A stretch of DNA of 63,311 bases, the filler included, from Licmophora abbreviata (taxonomy: Eukaryota): the NCBI GenBank assembly GCA_900291995.1. It is 25 parts of 25 records of this genome, joined end to end, with 100 filler letters (N's around TTAATTAATTAA, not from the genome) between each part and the next. Parts side by side here need not be neighbours in the genome. Positions count along the whole stretch, not along the records: positions 57,897 to 60,171 come from OLMU01005942.1; positions 60,272 to 61,586 come from OLMU01005943.1; positions 61,687 to 63,311 come from OLMU01005945.1; 22 more parts are not named here. One strand, written 5' to 3'. This document shows positions 58,550-63,311 of the stretch, one piece after another. The position numbers were made by a program, and so were the translations under genes. How positions within the stretch are numbered: position 1 is the stretch's first letter; the number at the start of each line of letters is the position of its first letter. The notes beneath the pieces were generated by a model that had not been told where the DNA came from, made no database searches, and saw nothing but the letters and a program-made list of their open reading frames with translations.

Positions 58550-60463
58550 TCAAAGGGGGAACAACAGGCTCTCGTCCTTGCGCCGCCGAGCTCCGAGTAC
58601 TGGCGTGGCCGTGAGATTAGATTGATTAACGGAAGAGTGAAGGGAGAATGAAGACTCGTCCGACGTAGAGTAGCCACCTTCGGAGATGAGAATGTTGTCT
58701 GAGTTTCGTGTCGCGTTCGATTGCGTTTCCAGAATGATGCTCAAGTCGTCATCAAAGCGATATGCGTTGGGTAGCATGGCGCTGAAAGGAGACAATGGGG
58801 ATGCTTCAGACTGCAGGTCACCTTCCAGACCAAGCTCCGTGTCAGCTGTGTGAACTTGTGGGATTTCGATATCACCAATTGCTGTGTCGTCCTTGTCAAG
58901 GATATCTGACCCGTTTGCAGCTGGGGCCCCGCGGCGGGTTTGTACGAGGTAGACTGCAACACCCACGAAGCAGGCAAGCGAGACACCTCCCAAAGTGATC
59001 AGAAGAATCGATGAACTTTCCACTGCTCTGCCTGACGATAGAGTGTCGCCTCCGCCGTCACTCCCGTTTGGCGACGTGTCGACACGAGACGGATCGTCGA
59101 TGGAAGGACCCAAAAAGAAGCTCGACGCAATACCAGGGAGCCGAAGTCCGCTCAGAAATTCACTCGTTTCGAGCAGTACGTGGTACCTAATGAGCTCCAT
59201 ATCCGCACCTGCCTTGTAATAAACGGTCATATCGCCGTCCAACACGGTACACACATTGTTCTGCACATCGGCGTTTGGTGTGCAGAACGCTGATAGTAGA
59301 AAGTGCCATGGAAAGTGAGGAAAGTCAGCATGGTAGAGGGTCAACATTTGAGCGGTGTGCCTATACCCATATCACGTACCATCGAAGTCCGGCTTGTCGA
59401 CTGGTAGCGAGTCAAGTCCGTTCAGGTCAATGTCTATTTCGAGTCGCCGATTTCCTCCATCGTGTGCTAGACATGGAAGCAATTTGGATGCCAAATGAAG
59501 ATTCAAGGCTTCTTCTACAATCATCATCATTTCAGTCGCATCGTAGCCGGGCTTTGTTTCCAAGGCATAACGATAGATGACTTGCTCTGATCCAGCAGGA
59601 GTGTCGGAACACATGATTAGTGTGGGATCATCATCGACACTACTTGCCCCTCCCACGTCACCAATTTGCGTCGGAGACATAGATGGCGCACTGCTTATCA
59701 CTGATACAGACGGTGAGGCACTACCTGTTGGAGAAGAAGACGGCACTGCAGACGCTGTCGGTGACAAGGAGCCACCTGTACTTGATATGATGGATGGCGC
59801 GACGCTGGGCGTAAAACTTTCACCGGCACTGGGTGCACTGGATAGCACTGAGCTCGGGGCCGACGAGGACTGTTCCACTGCAGATGGCGCTGTGCTCAAA
59901 ACAATCGAGGGCGCTGCGCTTACCCCAACCGCGTCGAGCGTCGGCGATGCCGAAGTGACTGAAGGAGCTGTCGAGGATGGGTTCGATGCAGATGGCGCTG
60001 TGCTTGAAACAACCGAGGGCGCTGTACTTACCCCGATCGCGTCGAGCGTGGGTGATGCTGAAGTGAGTGAAGGAGATGTGGAGGATGGGCTCGATGCAGA
60101 TGGCGCTGTGCTCGAAACAATCGAGGGTGCAGCGCTTGCCCCAGATGAGTCAAGCGCTGGAGATGTCGACGNNNNNNNNNNNNNNNNNNNNNNNNNNNNN
60201 NNNNNNNNNNNNNNNTTAATTAATTAANNNNNNNNNNNNNNNNNNNNNNNNNNNNNNNNNNNNNNNNNNNNACTGCCACTGAAGCTGAACCTCACATCGG
60301 ACCCGAGATTACTGAACTTCACTTCCTGGATCTCTCGACCTTCCGTTAGGCGATAGCCATGACGATGTCTGGCCCGTCTTGAGTCAGCGTTGACAACTGA
60401 TCCTGTAGCGGTCATTGCCAACAAAAAGAGAGAGACTCGCATACTTGGCATCGCTTGTGTCAT
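58550..60463 (-). CDS. Cell-surface mucin-like type I membrane protein with Ser/Ala/Pro repeats; spans a gap
   Basis: Signal peptide (VSLFLLAMTATGSVVNA), many S.APS repeats, Cys-containing domain across intron 59290-59379, TM ILLITLGGVSLACFVGVAVYLV. Confidence 0.75.
59881..60171 (-). repeat. 108-bp (36-aa) coding tandem repeat, at least 2.7 copies, running into gap
   Basis: cagatggcgctgtgct... recurs at 59881, 59989 and 60097. Confidence 0.9.
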
Positions 60464-60995
60464 TCAATTGCCTTTCAAAGCGTTTAGAGGCCAACCAGTC
60501 CTCGGTGTTCCTTATGGTACCGGCGTCACTATGCAGCGAGAGAATGTGTCTCGTTCAAGGGCTGCCGCTATTAAACTGTTCATGGACCGGCGGAGATGTT
60601 CAAAATCTTGTTGCGACTGGGCAAATTCTCGCGGTTTGACAGATTTGAAATTTTTGGCAAGACACAGTCGCTAACGATCGATAATATGATAACGAACTTT
60701 GCATGAATTTCTGAAATTGACTTATGGATTCGTGTTGACAGGTGCTCAGCCCTAAATAGAGTTTGACGCTTCTACTTATGACCATGTTGTCGTTCTGTTT
60801 GGACTTTCAGTGTGCTCGAGCAAATTTCAGAAAGTTCCCAGACGGGATATCCAGTGCTAGCATCACAACATCTGTGTCTGTGCTTGGAGTACCGGTACGC
60901 GCGAGAGCCTCCGTTTTGTGTTTCGAACATCTTAAAGAAACGAAGCATGGCGAAATAAGAGTTCTGGTCCTGCTGGCCTTCATTTTCCTTTTACC

Positions 60996-61586
60996 ATGTC
61001 GCTTTCTCCACCCGGAACGCTTCGTTTAGATAATGAAGAGACGGTGAGATTAATTCAGGACGCTTCTTTGTCGTACGGGGCCCGGCATATGACACCACCC
61101 GGAAGTCCTACGAGTAGATACAGCAGTAGGAGTGGAGGCGACCAGCCACCACCGATACAGGCTCTGGCAACGGAAGATTCGGTCGAAATCATTCGAACTG
61201 AATCTACGAATGCACAGGTCTTGTCTGATGATGATGAGGACGATGACGACGATGTTCTACCCGGCGCCGCGGAGGGTACGATTGCTCATCTCACAAGACG
61301 ATTACGATGCTTGTTTTCGGCCATAACGTGGCCAATTGTTCCACTGGGCACCCTTGTTTCGTTTGCACTACTATGGGTACTATACGCTTCCTTTGTCTTG
61401 GACTTGCATCGATCATGTTCGCACCCGCTTCACTGGTACGCCGTGGCCTCATTGTTGGTAGTATCCTATGCACCCCAGCACCACAAGGTGCGCGCCCACA
61501 TTTTTCACTACTCGCGAGAGAGAGATGGACCTGTCCGACCACCGGGAGTGCGCATGTACGATCAGCTTTTCCATACGCTGTGTATT
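60996..61586 (+). CDS. Multi-pass membrane protein, 5' part (possibly a TM RING E3 ligase)
   Basis: Acidic disordered N-terminus followed by hydrophobic helices and C..PL.W; truncated by gap, so no RING is visible. Confidence 0.55.
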
Positions 61587-61686
61587 NNNNNNNNNNNNNN
61601 NNNNNNNNNNNNNNNNNNNNNNNNNNNNNNTTAATTAATTAANNNNNNNNNNNNNNNNNNNNNNNNNNNNNNNNNNNNNNNNNNNN

Positions 61687-62683
61687 CGACTCCTGACAAG
61701 CTATCAGATGCTGTCGAGTGATCCCGTACATCTGAGGATGAGGCCATGGCTGAGGAGGCATAAAATGATGCCGTCGAGTCGCGAGTGAAAACCTCGCGGT
61801 GCGTCAAAGCATCAAGTAGGACTGCGGCGCAGTCTACCGAAGGCGCCAAGATCCCAACCGTATCGAGCGACGAGGCGTAACTGACAACTCCGTGACGTGA
61901 TAAAAGACCGTAGGACGGTTTCAAACCAACAACCTCACACCATGCTGCAGGAAGTCGCACCGAGCCTCCCGTATCTGTTCCTAGAGATGCAAGAGACGAT
62001 CCATGAGCCACGGACACCCCAGACCCGCAGGACGAGCCGCCAGCAGAAAGCATGGGATCGTCGTGTTTCTCTGCTACTGTTGCATGAAGCTCTTCAATTT
62101 GATCACGAGGCATTCGTATGGTATCAGCGAGTTCTTTGTCGTCGAGTCGTATTCTATCCGGCAAGTAGCGTAAATAGGATATTACATTTCGCGTGGCTGT
62201 TTGTCCCGTCTGCTGGCAGGGCGTCGCGTTGTTTCCCAGACTGCCCATACCAAATTCGTCCATGTTGGTCATACCAATCAGGATGGCTCCATTGTCCCTG
62301 ATTAGCGTAGATGTTACATCGGCGTCGTATCCGCAGGGCCGACCGTCCTGCAGAATGCGACTTCCAGCGGTGAGGAATTCTTCTGCGACCGCAAGATTGC
62401 TCTTGACAGTCACGGGAATTCCTTCCAACGAAGAGACTTGAGCACCAGCTACAGACTGATGTTGCCTTCTCCTGTCATCTGAAGCTCGGGCACGTTCTAG
62501 TAGTATCTGGCGCGGGACAAGGCTAGTAAATGCATTAAGTTGCCATCGTTCCTCCCCGAGCACCGCCAGCGTGTGGCAGTACGAGCAAAGCTCTTCGCTC
62601 GAAATGAGGCCCCCAGCCACGAGTCGAGCGGCAGTTCGAATTGTAATTTTTGGCAGCGTTGACGTAACCATTTGTTTGCTCAT
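61687..62683 (-). CDS. gatA: Amidase-signature protein, likely Glu-tRNA(Gln) amidotransferase subunit A (3' truncated)
   Basis: LEGIPVTVKSN, TAGSRIL, GMTNMDEFGMGS, GGSSCGS, LGTDTGGSVRLPAAWC, GLKPSYGLLSRHG..YASSLD. Confidence 0.88.
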
Positions 62684-63145
62684 GGCACTCACTTCGTTTT
62701 ATACAATAATAGGCCGACAGGAGGGCGGCGACAATCTAGACTACAGCGACCGCCATGGTGATGGCAAAGGTAATGTGTTATACACGTCATCCTCGCCCCT
62801 CGCCTTGTCCTCTTGTCCAAAACTAGAATACGGAGACCTCGAGACCTCGCATTCCCTCAGGATGGATCTTCTCGTAGAAATCTACTGGTGCAGGTACATC
62901 GGAGAGAGTCAGAAAAAGAACTTCCGATCGGTCAATAACTCAAATTCGCTTTCAGTCGCCCCAAAAAGTTTCATCAAGAACTGGAGAAGTCCCGTACGCA
63001 AACGTCGAGGATGAGTGACGTACTGATCGCGAAGGATCTTCCGATGGTGTGTCAAATCACGGCCACACATCAACAAAAAAGAGCGAAGAAGATCCAACTG
63101 GGTTGTCGCAATTGTCATCGCGATTCTACCATTCACAATCAAGCC

Positions 63146-63311
63146 ATGAAATTCTCTGCCGTCGCCCTTGCGTTCGCCACTGCCGTCGCTTCGAGCGAAG
63201 CCTTCGTCGCTCCTACGTTTGCTGCCCGAGGATCGCGGGTCGGCACCTCGGCTCTCGATGTCTCCAAGGATGACCTGATGGGAGCTCGCGATGCCATCGA
63301 TGCGATCCTCG
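63146..63311 (+). CDS. Plastid-targeted protein, 5' end (possibly ascorbate peroxidase)
   Basis: MKFSAVALAFATAVASSEA|FVAP is a typical diatom bipartite presequence. The mature start VSKDDLMGARDAIDAIL recalls plastid APX, but the window ends before any diagnostic motif. Confidence 0.6.
   Translation, partial: MKFSAVALAFATAVASSEAFVAPTFAARGSRVGTSALDVSKDDLMGARDAIDAIL

Noticed and set aside
10748..61686. TTAATTAATTAA repeated 24 times at 1-7 kb spacing, superficially like a dispersed repeat or CRISPR-like array
   Set aside because: It is always centred in exactly 44+44 Ns, so it is an assembly linker with six-frame stops. ORFs ending in XXX-LIN are artefacts of it.
177..62683. Apparent enrichment of RNA-metabolism genes (PPIH, CysRS, CDC40, RRP8, DEAH, DDX6, RlmD-like, L9, GatA)
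   Set aside because: They lie on mixed strands, act in different compartments and are interspersed with unrelated genes; no evidence of a functional cluster.

Overview
Eukaryotic nuclear DNA, almost certainly from a diatom or related photosynthetic stramenopile. Support: gene-dense sequence, short GT-AG introns of about 75-170 nt, and many proteins with a signal peptide followed by an 'A|F' (ASAFAP-type) plastid transit peptide. It is a draft scaffold of 25 contigs joined by 24 identical artificial 100-nt spacers (N44-TTAATTAATTAA-N44), with several homopolymer-type frameshift errors. About 35 host genes are recognisable, including cyclophilin H, SASA esterase, LPAAT, an NSF-like AAA ATPase, Fd-GOGAT, two DUF3506 paralogs, CysRS, CDC40, RRP8, a BASS transporter, GT90, DEAH and DDX6 helicases, proline iminopeptidase, lipase 3, an NmrA-like protein, a GST-HIT fusion, serine racemase, a HAD hydrolase, a TPR protein, ALG1, RPL9, peptidase E, an RlmD-like methyltransferase, TRAPPC12 and GatA. 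The most striking object is a 6.8-kb contig (35502-42325, minus strand). It is an apparently intact CRE-clade (RLE-type) non-LTR retrotransposon with a very large ORF1 that I cannot assign to a family, overlapping the ZnF-RT-RLE ORF2 through an ATGA stop/start. Other highlights: a plastid-targeted GST-HINT fusion, a plastid-targeted single-domain NSF derivative, and a DUF3506 paralog pair flanking a cluster of TGACGT (CCRE/aureochrome-type) motifs. All family assignments come from motif recognition by eye; no database search was run.
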